A stretch of 40,302 nucleotides of DNA from a virus (IMGVR_UViG_2654588006_000003); one strand, 5' to 3'. Positions 8,946-18,424 are shown, counted from the stretch's first letter. The notes: a model not told the origin generated them from the sequence alone. Program-made: numbers and translations.

Positions 8946-10007
8946 AACCCACTGGATTATTTTTATGAAAGAGGCATCCAGTGAGTAGATTCGTAAGGCT
9001 ACAGATACGTATATCTGAATAATTAAATTCAGTTCTGTAAATAAAATTTAATCCTTAACCGGATGGATTTCTGCACCCTCAGAACATCAGGAGGCCGCCC
9101 GAAAGGGCGGTAGTGAAATGCGAAAGTTCAAAATTATTATTGAAACGGGAATAGCTGGTGGAGATTTTGAGGATGTATTCGAAGTGGACGATGACGCAAC
9201 ACCTGAGGAAATTCATGACGGAGCATAAGAAATTTTCTTTAACTACTGCAATTACTCATACCACGAAATAAAAGACGATGAGGAAGAACAAAGTGGCTGA
9301 TTTTTGTTCAGCTAAATATAACATCAGTTTTGAAGAGCGGGATGAACTATTAATGGACTATGGTGAGTTACGCGGTGGAAGTGCTGCTGATGTCGAATCC
9401 TAGCGTGATGACTATGAAGCGGGAAAAACTCCGGTCGAAGCATATTGTGATGAGTGGGGCGATGAATGAGCGAGATTAATTATCAGGAAGGGCATGAAAC
9501 GGCGGGGCAAGCAAAACCAGTGGCATGGCGATATCGCTACGTGAAAAAAGGCGTTACGGACTTTCAGGGGAAGTAGTGGTCTGGTGACTGGAAATATGTA
9601 CCGAAAAAAGAGGATTGTAACGACAGGCCGAACTATCAAATTCAGGCCTTATTCACTGCCTCACCAGTCCCAGTTACATCAGAAGAACTGGTTAAAGCTG
9701 TGCACTTTTATGAACAACTAAAACGCGAAAATCCACCAACATCCGGCAACTAGATTAATGGATTAACTATGTCGGTTAAACGACCAGCCAACTGAAAAAG
9801 CGGAAACCTGATTACAGGTTGCCAGATAAGGCAATGAGCTACCTGGCGCGGAACGGACTGATAAGTATGGGGAATGTTTTACGATGAACCTTTAGACTAA
9901 AGAGTTTGTAACGCTATGTAAGTGATTTTTTCTGGTTTAGATATTTATATGTCCGGCCAAATTGAGGTGTGTTTAAATGTAATTGCACATTGATTGTAGG
10001 AGGAATA

Positions 10008-10187
10008 ATGAAAAACGCATTGCAGTTTTTGTTTGTTGCGTTCTGGTTGTTCGCATCATGTATGCCCATCATCTTCACAGCAAGGTATATGGAAAAAGTT
10101 GATGTTTTGATATTAATATTTGGATATATAAATGCCCTTTTTTTAGGGGTGTTCATGGCGGTCATGTGCATTGAATACTGGCGGTAA
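10008..10187 (+). CDS. Small hydrophobic (2-TM-like) protein, 59 aa
   Basis: Internal ATG of ORF 9969..10187 preceded by TAGGAGG; hydrophobic stretches FLFVAFWLFASCMPIIF and ILIFGYINALFLGVFMAVM; AT-rich context. Confidence 0.35.
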   Translation: MKNALQFLFVAFWLFASCMPIIFTARYMEKVDVLILIFGYINALFLGVFMAVMCIEYWR

Positions 10188-10521
10188 ATACAGCGAACTC
10201 CATTGGTTTAGTTGGATATTTACTGTGCTGGACAAAAACGGTTTGCGGGGAAATCTTAGTTAAGTAGAATGACTGCGGGTGCTTGAGGCTATCTGCCTCG
10301 GGCATGGACACCAACGGCAGATAGAGAAAAGCCCCAGTTAACATTACGCGTCCTGCAAGACGCTTAACATTAATCTGAGGCCAATTTCATGCTAGACACA
10401 TGTAGGTTAGCCTCTTACGTGCCGAAAGGCACGGAGAAGCAGGCTATTGTTAACACCAAGCTGTAATGTCCCCTTTGAACCATTCTAAAATGTCCCCAGA
10501 CAATTCTCTGGGGGATTTTTC

Positions 10522-11004
10522 ATGATCAAAGAGACTGTTACGATGAGTCATAAGGAACTCCACCGACTTCAGATTATTCAGGAACAAGCTGCGGCACGCA
10601 TTGGCATTTCTATTCGGCAGGTTAAACGTCTGGTGCAACGGTATAGAAATGAAGGGCCTTCTGGTCTGGTTTCCCACCGACGTGGAAAGCGTCCTAATAA
10701 TTCCTTTTCTACTGAATTCAGAGCAACAGTAATTTCACTCCTCAAAGGCCGTTACGCTGATTTTGGACCTACGTTTGCGTGCGAAAAATTGCGCGAGATA
10801 CACGGTTTATCTTTATCCGTTGAAACTCTCAGAAAGTGGATGATAGAAGAGGGGTTATGGCGTGAACGCCGTCGTAAAATTGCCCGTATATATCAACGCC
10901 GCATGCGACGACCATCTTACGGTGAACTGATCCAGATTGATGGCTCACCTCATGACTGGTTTGAAAATCGAGGCCCCCAGATGTACACTGATCGTTTTCA
11001 TTGA
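10522..11004 (+). CDS. Transposase N-terminal part (HTH domain), frame 1
   Basis: ORF track; HTH-like AARIGISIRQVKRLVQRY; ends shortly after IQIDGSPHDWFENRGP. Confidence 0.7.
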   Translation: MIKETVTMSHKELHRLQIIQEQAAARIGISIRQVKRLVQRYRNEGPSGLVSHRRGKRPNNSFSTEFRATVISLLKGRYADFGPTFACEKLREIHGLSLSVETLRKWMIEEGLWRERRRKIARIYQRRMRRPSYGELIQIDGSPHDWFENRGPQMYTDRFH

Positions 11005-11836
11005 TGATGCCACCAGTGCGTTGATGGCGTTGCGTTTTGTGCCTGCTGAAACAACCCGGGCTTACATGGAAACCCTCCGGGGTTACCTTAATGATCATGG
11101 CGTACCGCTCGCTCTCTACTCTGATAGACACAGTATATTCAGGGTAAATAACCCAGAGCGGGAAGGTGAGCTGACCCAGTTCACTCGTGCGATAAAGACA
11201 CTGGGCATCGAGCCAATCCATGCCAACAGCCCGCAGGCAAAAGGGCGGGTAGAGCGCGCCAATCAGACACTACAGGACAGGCTGGTCAAAGAAATGCGGC
11301 TTCAGAATATCAGTGATATTGAAACAGCAAATGCATGGTTGCCGACCTTTATTGAAGCCTATAACAACCGGTTCGCTACGTCGCCTCGTACTACTGATAA
11401 TGCTCATCTTGATGTGCACCATTCTGAAGAGGAACTGGGTTATATCTTCAGCCTACAGGCGAAGCGCGTTCTGTCTAAAAATCTCACTTTCCAGTACAAA
11501 AGCAGTGCGTTTCAGGTACGCAGTGAGGGCCGGGGATATCGACTTAGGCATTCGGTTGTTACTGTATGCGAGAACTTTGACGGTGAAATTAACGTTCTGT
11601 ATGACGGGAAAGCGCTGGGCTGGGAAAAGTATGTTGATGGCCCGGAGCCTATACCACTGGATGATGAAAAGAGTGTCCATGAACGAGTGGATAATGCCCG
11701 TATTGATTTACGCTCAAAATACTATGTTAAACCTAAAGCTGACCATCCCTGGCTTACGCGCCGAACGCAAAGTCATCAGCAAGTTAAGCCCCCGAAGTTA
11801 CCTAAAAAGAAGCCTGATCCCGATAAAAAAGATTGA
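10937..11836 (+). CDS. Transposase catalytic part (rve/DDE core and C-terminal domain), frame 2
   Basis: ORF track; motifs CTLIVFIDDATS, LYSDRHSIF and SPQAKGRVERANQTL typical of retroviral-integrase-like DDE transposases; continuity with the upstream ORF needs a 1-nt frame change in the C5 run at 10974..10978. Confidence 0.7.
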   Translation: MMAHLMTGLKIEAPRCTLIVFIDDATSALMALRFVPAETTRAYMETLRGYLNDHGVPLALYSDRHSIFRVNNPEREGELTQFTRAIKTLGIEPIHANSPQAKGRVERANQTLQDRLVKEMRLQNISDIETANAWLPTFIEAYNNRFATSPRTTDNAHLDVHHSEEELGYIFSLQAKRVLSKNLTFQYKSSAFQVRSEGRGYRLRHSVVTVCENFDGEINVLYDGKALGWEKYVDGPEPIPLDDEKSVHERVDNARIDLRSKYYVKPKADHPWLTRRTQSHQQVKPPKLPKKKPDPDKKD

Positions 11837-12272
11837 AACCAAGATCGATTCGGTTGAGTGCATATCCATTCATAGGGTAGATTCTTAAGTCGCGTTTCTG
11901 GTGTTCATTTTCGGGTGGTTTGTTACTTGTTTTACCGGGGATATGCCAGAAACGCGCTGAGTCAGTCTGGGCGGTGCGCGTAATGAGGCGTTATGGTAAA
12001 TAGCCTATGCTAATGTCCGCTAAGAGCAAGAAGCGGAAGTTGGCAGTTTTGTGGACTGTCCCCACAAAAGTGACTACAGAAATAGTTGCAATTCATAATT
12101 GATCATGGGTTGTCAGTTAAACTCGTGGCGATTTAAATAGACTAATTGGGAGTGCGTCCATTACTTATATCTTGTAATGTTAACTATCAGAAATGATACA
12201 AAGATAATATGTCTTTAAAGAAAAGGCTGATGGCGAAAAGTGGCCCGATGAGGGCCACAATACGGCTGTCAC

Positions 12273-12605
12273 TTAGACGTAAATATCAATGGTGCCAGCG
12301 GTATTTGTATCGTCTTTTTTCTCTTCTTTTTTATCAGGCTGAACTGTCGCGTCTTCATTCTTTTTCTCTGCCTGCTGCCTTAACAACTGCTCCAGTTGAG
12401 CCCAGAGGCTTTCAATTTGCTTCTGTACCAATGCAGCCATTTCTTTTTTCTGCTGTGTCGTCATCCCCTCTTCCGATGAGATTTTCCCAAGCTTTTCAGT
12501 CAGCACCTGAATTTGTCTTGTGATTTTGGCTATTTCTGATGTTCCTTCCGGGGCGGAGTTGTTTGAAATAACGGTTGAGGTATTTCCCTGAATTGTGACA
12601 GACAT
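12273..12605 (-). CDS. flxA: FlxA (110 aa), flagellar-regulon protein
   Basis: ORF track; sequence recognised; sigma-28-type promoter immediately upstream. Confidence 0.85.
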   Translation of the reverse strand: MSVTIQGNTSTVISNNSAPEGTSEIAKITRQIQVLTEKLGKISSEEGMTTQQKKEMAALVQKQIESLWAQLEQLLRQQAEKKNEDATVQPDKKEEKKDDTNTAGTIDIYV

Positions 12606-12627
12606 AGATTTCTCCTTTTAAAAAAGC

Positions 12628-12655
12628 ACTATCGGCATGCACAAAAAAATCTTTA
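12628..12655 (-). promoter_or_regulatory. Sigma-28 (FliA) type promoter for flxA
   Basis: Minus strand reads TAAAG - 15 nt - GCCGATAG about 20 nt upstream of the flxA start, matching the TAAA-N15-GCCGATAA consensus. Confidence 0.65.
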
Positions 12656-12807
12656 ATCGTATTTCTTGTGTCATTAATTGTTTGATGTTCAGATTGTTTT
12701 CCTCGCGGGCTGGCGCGCCTCAGAAAGTAAAGCTTGTTGACAGGGGTAAACGTTCGGCAATAATTTTCTGCCGCATGCGGGTGTTGCATAAAACGTGTTA
12801 CGTTCCT

Positions 12808-13113
12808 TTATCGACAGGTCAGGTCACCGCTCACCCGCCGACGAGAAAGCAACACTGACATGCTAAAGCAAAAAATAGATGAATAAGTTGAGTTGTGCAT
12901 ATGTAGCCTGACCGTCACAAAGTATATGGTGTCTGTACCAGTAAGATGATGGCCGGACTCTTTAAAAACGAGCTGACCTGCACAATACAGGATGGACTTA
13001 GCAATGGCTGCTCCTGGCACAAAGCGGACAGTGATCACCGTTCTTACGACTACTTTCTGACTTCCTTCGTGACTTGCCCTAAGCATGTTGTAGTGCGATA
13101 CTTGTAATGACAT
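12808..13113 (-). CDS. ydfV: YdfV-like hypothetical ORF (101 aa)
   Basis: ORF of matching size and position between flxA and relB; overlaps the relBE promoter region; possibly not a real gene. Confidence 0.3.
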   Translation of the reverse strand: MSLQVSHYNMLRASHEGSQKVVVRTVITVRFVPGAAIAKSILYCAGQLVFKESGHHLTGTDTIYFVTVRLHMHNSTYSSIFCFSMSVLLSRRRVSGDLTCR

Positions 13114-13126
13114 TTGTAATTACAAG
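13101..13126 (+). promoter_or_regulatory. relBE operator (palindromic repeats)
   Basis: cttgtaatgacatttgtaattacaag immediately upstream of relB; ttgtaat/attacaa inverted repeats. Confidence 0.6.
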
Positions 13127-13137
13127 AGGTGTAAGAC

Positions 13138-13377
13138 ATGGGTAGCATTAACCTGCGTATTGACGATGAACTTAAAGCGCGTTCTTACGCCGCGCTTGAA
13201 AAAATGGGTGTAACTCCTTCTGAAGCGCTTCGTCTCATGCTCGAGTATATCGCTGACAATGAACGCTTGCCGTTCAAACAGACACTCCTGAGTGATGAAG
13301 ATGCTGAACTTGTGGAGATAGTGAAAGAACGGCTTCGTAATCCTAAGCCAGTACGTGTGACGCTGGATGAACTCTGA
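13138..13377 (+). CDS. relB: RelB antitoxin (79 aa)
   Basis: ORF track; sequence MGSINLRIDDELKARSYA... recognised; stop overlaps relE start (TGATG). Confidence 0.95.
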   Translation: MGSINLRIDDELKARSYAALEKMGVTPSEALRLMLEYIADNERLPFKQTLLSDEDAELVEIVKERLRNPKPVRVTLDEL

Positions 13378-13664
13378 TGGCGTATTTTCTGGATTTTGAC
13401 GAGCGGGCACTAAAGGAATGGCGAAAGCTGGGCTCGACGGTACGTGAACAGTTGAAAAAGAAGCTGGTTGAAGTACTTGAGTCACCCCGGATTGAAGCAA
13501 ACAAGCTCCGTGGTATGCCTGATTGTTACAAGATTAAGCTCCGGTCTTCAGGCTATCGCCTTGTATACCAGGTTATAGACGAGAAAGTTGTCGTTTTCGT
13601 GATTTCTGTTGGGAAAAGAGAACGCTCGGAAGTATATAGCGAGGCGGTCAAACGCATTCTCTGA
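13377..13664 (+). CDS. relE: RelE mRNA interferase toxin (95 aa)
   Basis: ORF track; sequence recognised; coupled to relB. Confidence 0.95.
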   Translation: MAYFLDFDERALKEWRKLGSTVREQLKKKLVEVLESPRIEANKLRGMPDCYKIKLRSSGYRLVYQVIDEKVVVFVISVGKRERSEVYSEAVKRIL

Positions 13665-13735
13665 ACCAAAGCATGACATCTCTGTTTCGCACCGAAGGTG
13701 ACACTTCTGCTTTGCGTTGACAGGAGAAGCAGGCT

Positions 13736-13891
13736 ATGAAGCAGCAAAAGGCGATGTTAATCGCCCTGATCGTCATCTGTTTAACCGTCATAGTGACGGC
13801 ACTGGTAACGAGGAAAGACCTCTGCGAGGTACGAATCCGAACCGGCCAGACGGAGGTCGCTGTCTTCACAGCTTACGAACCTGAGGAGTAA
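13736..13891 (+). CDS. hokD: HokD (RelF) Hok-family membrane toxin (51 aa)
   Basis: Hand translation MKQQKAMLIALIVICLTVIVTALVTRKDLCEVRIRTGQTEVAVFTAYEPEE; below ORF-track cut-off. Confidence 0.85.
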   Translation: MKQQKAMLIALIVICLTVIVTALVTRKDLCEVRIRTGQTEVAVFTAYEPEE

Positions 13892-13959
13892 GAGACCCGG
13901 CGGGGGAGAAATCCCTCGCCACCTCTGATGTGGCAGGCATCCTCAACGCACCCGCACTT

Positions 13960-13986
13960 AACCCGCTTCGGCGGGTTTTTGTTTTT
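13960..13986 (+). terminator. Rho-independent terminator after relBE-hokD
   Basis: cccgc-ttcg-gcggg stem-loop followed by a T-run. Confidence 0.65.
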
Positions 13987-14107
13987 ATTTTCAACGCGTT
14001 TGAAGTTCTGGACGGTGCCGGAATAGAATCAAAAATACTTAAGTAGCGCGCAGGGATAAGAGGGATGGTCCCTTAAAGGGGAGAGCTAATTATCCGGAAG
14101 GATTCTG

Positions 14108-14359
14108 ATGATGAACATCGAAGAACTGCGTAAAATTTTTTGTGAAGATGGCCTCTATGCTGTGTGCGTTGAAAATGGAAATCTTGTTAGTCATTACCGC
14201 ATTATGTGTTTGCGAAAGAATGGGGCTGCGTTAATTAATTTTGTGGATGCTCGGGTCACGGACGGATTTATCTTGCGCGAAGGTGAGTTTGTCACTTCAT
14301 TACAGGCATTGAAAGAGATCGGAATAAAAGCTGGCTTTTCTGCTTTTTCAGGAGAATAA
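14108..14359 (+). CDS. rem: Rem (83 aa), unknown function
   Basis: ORF track; size and position between hokD and ydfU. Confidence 0.75.
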   Translation: MMNIEELRKIFCEDGLYAVCVENGNLVSHYRIMCLRKNGAALINFVDARVTDGFILREGEFVTSLQALKEIGIKAGFSAFSGE

Positions 14360-14425
14360 ACTCATCTACAATCTTGCGCGGGGCTGAACTCCCGCTGAGT
14401 AACACCGTGCCACCGGAGAAAACCG

Positions 14426-14704
14426 ATGGCACGCAACGCAAAATATTACAATTCTGATAATTCGCCCGTTCTTGCCTGCACGCACGGGCGGTATTCTCAC
14501 GCATTCAAGTCTGAATGGTTCCAGCACCCTCCATGCACTGCAGAACAGGCCGAATGGCTGATTCATTCTTACCGCAGGCGCGGGTTCGAGGTTAAGAAAG
14601 CTCTCAGTCTCGACTATCGGCACTGGATAATCTCTGTCAGGCTGCCTTATTCAGAACGCCCACCACGTGCGTCCCGCACTTTCCAGCAACGGATCTGGAG
14701 GTAA
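14426..14704 (+). CDS. Hypothetical protein (92 aa)
   Basis: ORF with GGAG 9 nt upstream of ATG; ends 1 nt before the proposed GTG start of ydfU; protein-like composition. Confidence 0.4.
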   Translation: MARNAKYYNSDNSPVLACTHGRYSHAFKSEWFQHPPCTAEQAEWLIHSYRRRGFEVKKALSLDYRHWIISVRLPYSERPPRASRTFQQRIWR

Positions 14705-14705
14705 C

Positions 14706-15755
14706 GTGCGGGTATTACTTAGACCTGTTCTGGTGCCTGAGCTTGGGCTGGTGGTCCTTAAGCCGGGCCGTGAATCCATACAGATATTTCATAATCCTCG
14801 AGTGCTGGTGGAACCGGAACCAAAAAGCATGCGTAATCTGCCATCCGGAGTCGTTCCTGCCGTTCGCCAGCCGCTGGCGGAAGACAAAACATTGCTGCCG
14901 TTTTTTAGTAACGAACGGGTGATTCGTGCTGCTGGCGGCGTTGGCGCATTGTCCGACTGGCTATTACGTCATGTTACATCCTGCCAGTGGCCTAATGGCG
15001 ATTACCATCACACTGAAACAGTCATTCACCGTTATGGTACCGGCGCAATGGTGTTGTGCTGGCACTGCGACAACCAACTGCGTGACCAGACATCGGAATC
15101 ACTGGAGCTGCTTGCTCAACAAAATCTGACAGCATGGGTGATTGACGTCATCCGTCACGCAATAAGCGGTACGCAGGAGCGGGAATTATCTTTGGCTGAA
15201 TTATCCTGGTGGGCGGTCTGCAATCAGGTGGTGGATGCACTACCTGAGGCTGTATCGCGTCGTTCGCTGGGATTACCAGCGGAAAAAATCTGCTCGGTGT
15301 ACCGCGAAAGCGACATCGTACCGGGAGAGCAGACCGCCACCAGCATATTGAAACAACGCACAAAAAATCTTGCACCGTTGCCTTACGCCCACCAGCAACA
15401 AAAATCACCACAGGAAAAGACGGTGGTAAGCATCACCGTTGATCCAGAGTCTCCGGAATCTTTCATGAAGCTGCCTAAACGTCGCCGCTGGGTTAAGGAG
15501 AAATACACACGTTGGGTTAAGACACAGCCGTGTGCTTGCTGCGGTATGCCAGCCGACGATCCGCATCATCTGATTGGTCACGGGCAGGGCGGAATGGGAA
15601 CAAAAGCACATGATCTCTTTGTGTTGCCTTTGTGCAGAAAGCATCACAACGAGCTGCATACGGATACAGTGGCATTTGAAGATAAGTATGGCTCCCAACT
15701 GGAGCTGATATTTCGTTTTATCGATCGCGCGCTGGCAATTGGCGTACTGGCGTAA
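14706..15755 (+). CDS. ydfU: YdfU-like DUF968 protein (349 aa)
   Basis: ORF track 14667..15755; in-frame GTG at 14706 gives the 349-aa length recalled for YdfU; C-terminal Cys/His-rich region (CACCGMPADDPHHLIGHG...CRKHHNELH). Confidence 0.7.
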   Translation: MRVLLRPVLVPELGLVVLKPGRESIQIFHNPRVLVEPEPKSMRNLPSGVVPAVRQPLAEDKTLLPFFSNERVIRAAGGVGALSDWLLRHVTSCQWPNGDYHHTETVIHRYGTGAMVLCWHCDNQLRDQTSESLELLAQQNLTAWVIDVIRHAISGTQERELSLAELSWWAVCNQVVDALPEAVSRRSLGLPAEKICSVYRESDIVPGEQTATSILKQRTKNLAPLPYAHQQQKSPQEKTVVSITVDPESPESFMKLPKRRRWVKEKYTRWVKTQPCACCGMPADDPHHLIGHGQGGMGTKAHDLFVLPLCRKHHNELHTDTVAFEDKYGSQLELIFRFIDRALAIGVLA

Positions 15756-15768
15756 GTGGAGAACGAGC

Positions 15769-16521
15769 ATGAACCTTGAAGCCTTACCAAAATATTACTC
15801 CCCAAAATCTCCAAAATTGAGCGATGACGCTCCAGCGACAGGCACCGGTTGTTTAACAATTACGGATGTAATGGCAGCGCAGGGGATGGTGCAGTCGAAA
15901 GCACCACTTGGGTTGGCCTTATTTCTGGCAAAAGTTGGTGTTCAGGACCCTCAGTTTGCGATTGAAGGCCTGCTAAATTACGCGATGGCACTGGATAACC
16001 CGACATTGAACAAATTGAGTGAAGAAATCCGGTTACAGATTATTCCTTACCTCGTGAGTTTTGCCTTTGCTGATTACTCCAGGTCTGCGGCAAGTAAGGC
16101 TCGCTGTGAGCATTGTTCAGGTACGGGATTTTATAATGTATTGCGCGAAGTGGTGAAACACTACAGACGCGGGGAATCTGTAATCAAGGAAGAATGGGTG
16201 AAGGAACTATGTCAGCATTGCCATGGTAAGGGCGAAGCCAGCACAGCGTGCAGAGGGTGTAAGGGTAAAGGGATTGTTCTGGATGAAAAAAGAACCCGGT
16301 TTCATGGCGTACCGGTATATAAGATTTGTGGGCGTTGTAATGGAAACCGGTTTAGTCGTTTACCGACCACGCTGGCACGACGTCATGTCCAGAAGCTGGT
16401 ACCAGACCTGACCGATTATCAGTGGTATAAGGGGTATGCGGACGTCATTGGTAAACTGGTAACAAAGTGCTGGCAGGAAGAAGCATACGCGGAAGCGCAA
16501 TTGAGGAAGGTGACGAGATAA
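15769..16521 (+). CDS. quuQ: Q-like late antiterminator (250 aa)
   Basis: ORF track 15739..16521; Met at codon 11 (MNLEALPKYY); Cys-rich zinc-binding motifs (CEHCSGTG, CQHCHGKG, CRGCKGKG, CGRCNG). Confidence 0.85.
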   Translation: MNLEALPKYYSPKSPKLSDDAPATGTGCLTITDVMAAQGMVQSKAPLGLALFLAKVGVQDPQFAIEGLLNYAMALDNPTLNKLSEEIRLQIIPYLVSFAFADYSRSAASKARCEHCSGTGFYNVLREVVKHYRRGESVIKEEWVKELCQHCHGKGEASTACRGCKGKGIVLDEKRTRFHGVPVYKICGRCNGNRFSRLPTTLARRHVQKLVPDLTDYQWYKGYADVIGKLVTKCWQEEAYAEAQLRKVTR

Positions 16522-16626
16522 ATGATTTTTGCTGAAGATGGCGACATGATGTTTGCATTTTTCAAAAAATATGGATAAAATTTTTTCAACGATGGGCTTT
16601 GTATACCCGACGTTAAGAAAAAGTAG

Positions 16627-16656
16627 AAAACCCGCTGATGAGCGGGTTTTGTGCTT
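16627..16656 (+). terminator. Rho-independent terminator downstream of quuQ
   Basis: cccgct-gatg-agcggg stem followed by tttt; T/A-rich on both sides so may act bidirectionally. Confidence 0.6.
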
Positions 16657-16942
16657 TAAATGGGGCAATGGTAATGTTGAATCTCATCCCGGGACTCATG
16701 TCTGTTAACTTATTATTTAGCTGGTGACTTGGTTATTTGCCTGATGTTTAAAATGTTTTCTTCCAGTACAATGTCCCTAAACACAATGAGTCTGCTTATT
16801 ATATTATTAGCAGAGCTATTACGGCCAAAGTACAGCATAAGCTTTTAAAGCCAATCAACCAGTCATCAAGACAGACGGGGTTATTCATAAAAACTCTCCA
16901 TGTGTGATCCGATGGGGCCTGAAATTAAAGCTTTAATATAGC

Positions 16943-17155
16943 TCATGAAAGGTAAACATTGGCAGCTGAAGGGCCACGCAGACCATTTATCCGGCAAAAT
17001 TCCACGCGTAATCCGGTGGTAATTTCTTCTGCATCGCGGAGATTGAGCGCTGAAACATGAAGCTGGACATCGATACGACCATCGGATGGGGTGATAAGAC
17101 CCTTGCCGCTTTTGCCGTCAAAGGTTTTGACAATTCCTGTCATTTTACGGGACAA
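16943..17155 (-). CDS. cspF: Cold-shock protein family member CspF (70 aa)
   Basis: ORF track; CSD fold signature; sequence recognised. Confidence 0.9.
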
Positions 17156-17455
17156 AAAAATTCCTTAATACTGATAACTTGGCGCACTATACACACGTTC
17201 CTGAAGAAAGCTATAGTTTTTTGATGGGGTTGAAGATGGCTGGATGTCTAAAATAAACATTGCTTCATATGTTCAACTATGCGTTAATGATTGCGTCGGT
17301 TTGAAGAACAGACGATATACGAAGTAGTTTACTAAAGCAGTTCTCATTTCAGGTGTTATTCACTTATTCCTTCTTTGAGTCTCTCCAATTAAGTACGAAG
17401 TCGTTTCTGTTATGCAAACCATTTATGCCGAAAGGCTCAAGTTAAGGAATGTAGA

Positions 17456-17671
17456 ATGTCAAATAAAATGACTGGTTTAGTAAAATGGTTTAACGCTGAT
17501 AAAGGTTTCGGCTTTATTTCTCCTGTTGATGGTAGTAAAGATGTGTTTGTGCATTTTTCTGCGATTCAGAATGATAATTATCGAACCTTATTTGAAGGTC
17601 AAAAGGTTACCTTCTCTATAGAGAGTGGTGCTAAAGGTCCTGCAGCAGCAAATGTCATCATTACTGATTAA
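17456..17671 (+). CDS. cspB: Cold-shock protein CspB (71 aa)
   Basis: ORF track; [21 protein letters not shown]... with RNP motifs; long AT-rich 5' leader. Confidence 0.9.
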   Translation: MSNKMTGLVKWFNADKGFGFISPVDGSKDVFVHFSAIQNDNYRTLFEGQKVTFSIESGAKGPAAANVIITD

Positions 17672-17952
17672 AATTCATCGCTCGTCTGTATACGATAACG
17701 AAGAAGGCTGATGCCTGAGTAGAGATACGGACAGAGTAGTGAATATTGGATCTCTTTAATAAAAAGTAAGGAGGTCCAATACATGAAACAATGGCTAGCA
17801 TATTTGGCAAAATCTTAATCAGGAAAAGTATGCTAACCATTGTGGTGAAGTGCAGGTTTGCTGCATGAATAGTTTTACAGCAGAAGCTAACTGCTGGCAT
17901 GGCAAAACAAAGTGCGTAAGTGGATGACTCCCACAAAAAGCACCACAATCTC

Positions 17953-17977
17953 AAACCCGCTCAGGCGGGTTTTTTAT
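17953..17977 (+). terminator. Rho-independent terminator after cspB
   Basis: cccgc-tcag-gcggg stem plus T7 run. Confidence 0.7.
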
Positions 17978-18034
17978 TATCTGCTTTAAATATATTATTA
18001 AAATATAAAAAATACTTGTTACTAATAAAATCAA

Positions 18035-18205
18035 TCAGGCTACAGCTTTAAGATTTGTCTGGAATACTTTGTTGCAATGAGGGCAGATCAAAAGGGCACC
18101 TTTTTGTACTCTTGAAAAACTGTGTTCTGACTCTTGGGTGCAGTTTGGGCAGGAACATTTAACGAGATAATTACGGCGTGATTTTGAGTTTTTACGTTCT
18201 GACAT
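18035..18205 (-). CDS. Small zinc-ribbon protein (56 aa)
   Basis: Internal ATG (MSERKNSKSRRNYLVKCSCPNCTQ...CPHCNKVF) of ORF 18035..18256; two CxxC pairs. Confidence 0.5.
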   Translation of the reverse strand: MSERKNSKSRRNYLVKCSCPNCTQESEHSFSRVQKGALLICPHCNKVFQTNLKAVA

Positions 18206-18424
18206 AGGCTTTTCCTGTATAAATGGCCGTATACAGTACACTAAATATGAAAACATTTCTCGTATTATTATTTTATATATGACTTTCTTTCAAAATAATT
18301 ACCCACATTTTTAATGTGTATGTTTTTTTAGCGCCGTTGAGAACAACGTGTGCTGTCAAAACTACCCCGTAGACTCCGATCTTTTCAAACATATTGCACC
18401 ATCCGTGTACATCGGGGTGAGGAT

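Larger units (their letters stand above)
10440..11900 (+). mobile_element. Insertion-sequence-like element encoding an rve-type DDE transposase (IS481/IS21-like); ends not resolved
   Basis: Two overlapping ORFs encode HTH plus integrase-core transposase; compositional break from flanking AT-rich DNA. No clean terminal inverted repeats or target duplication found by eye, so boundaries are approximate. Confidence 0.5.

Noticed and set aside
10937-11004. Programmed ribosomal frameshifting as the explanation for the two transposase ORFs
   Set aside because: Not excluded, but the frame change maps to a simple C5 homopolymer with no A/T-rich slippery heptamer or obvious downstream pseudoknot; a mutation or read error is the more economical reading. 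Kept as a finding with this caveat.
12209-12789. ORFs 12209..12523 (plus) and 12496..12789 (minus) around flxA
   Set aside because: The first is antisense to flxA; the second overlaps the flxA sigma-28 promoter region and has no recognisable domain.
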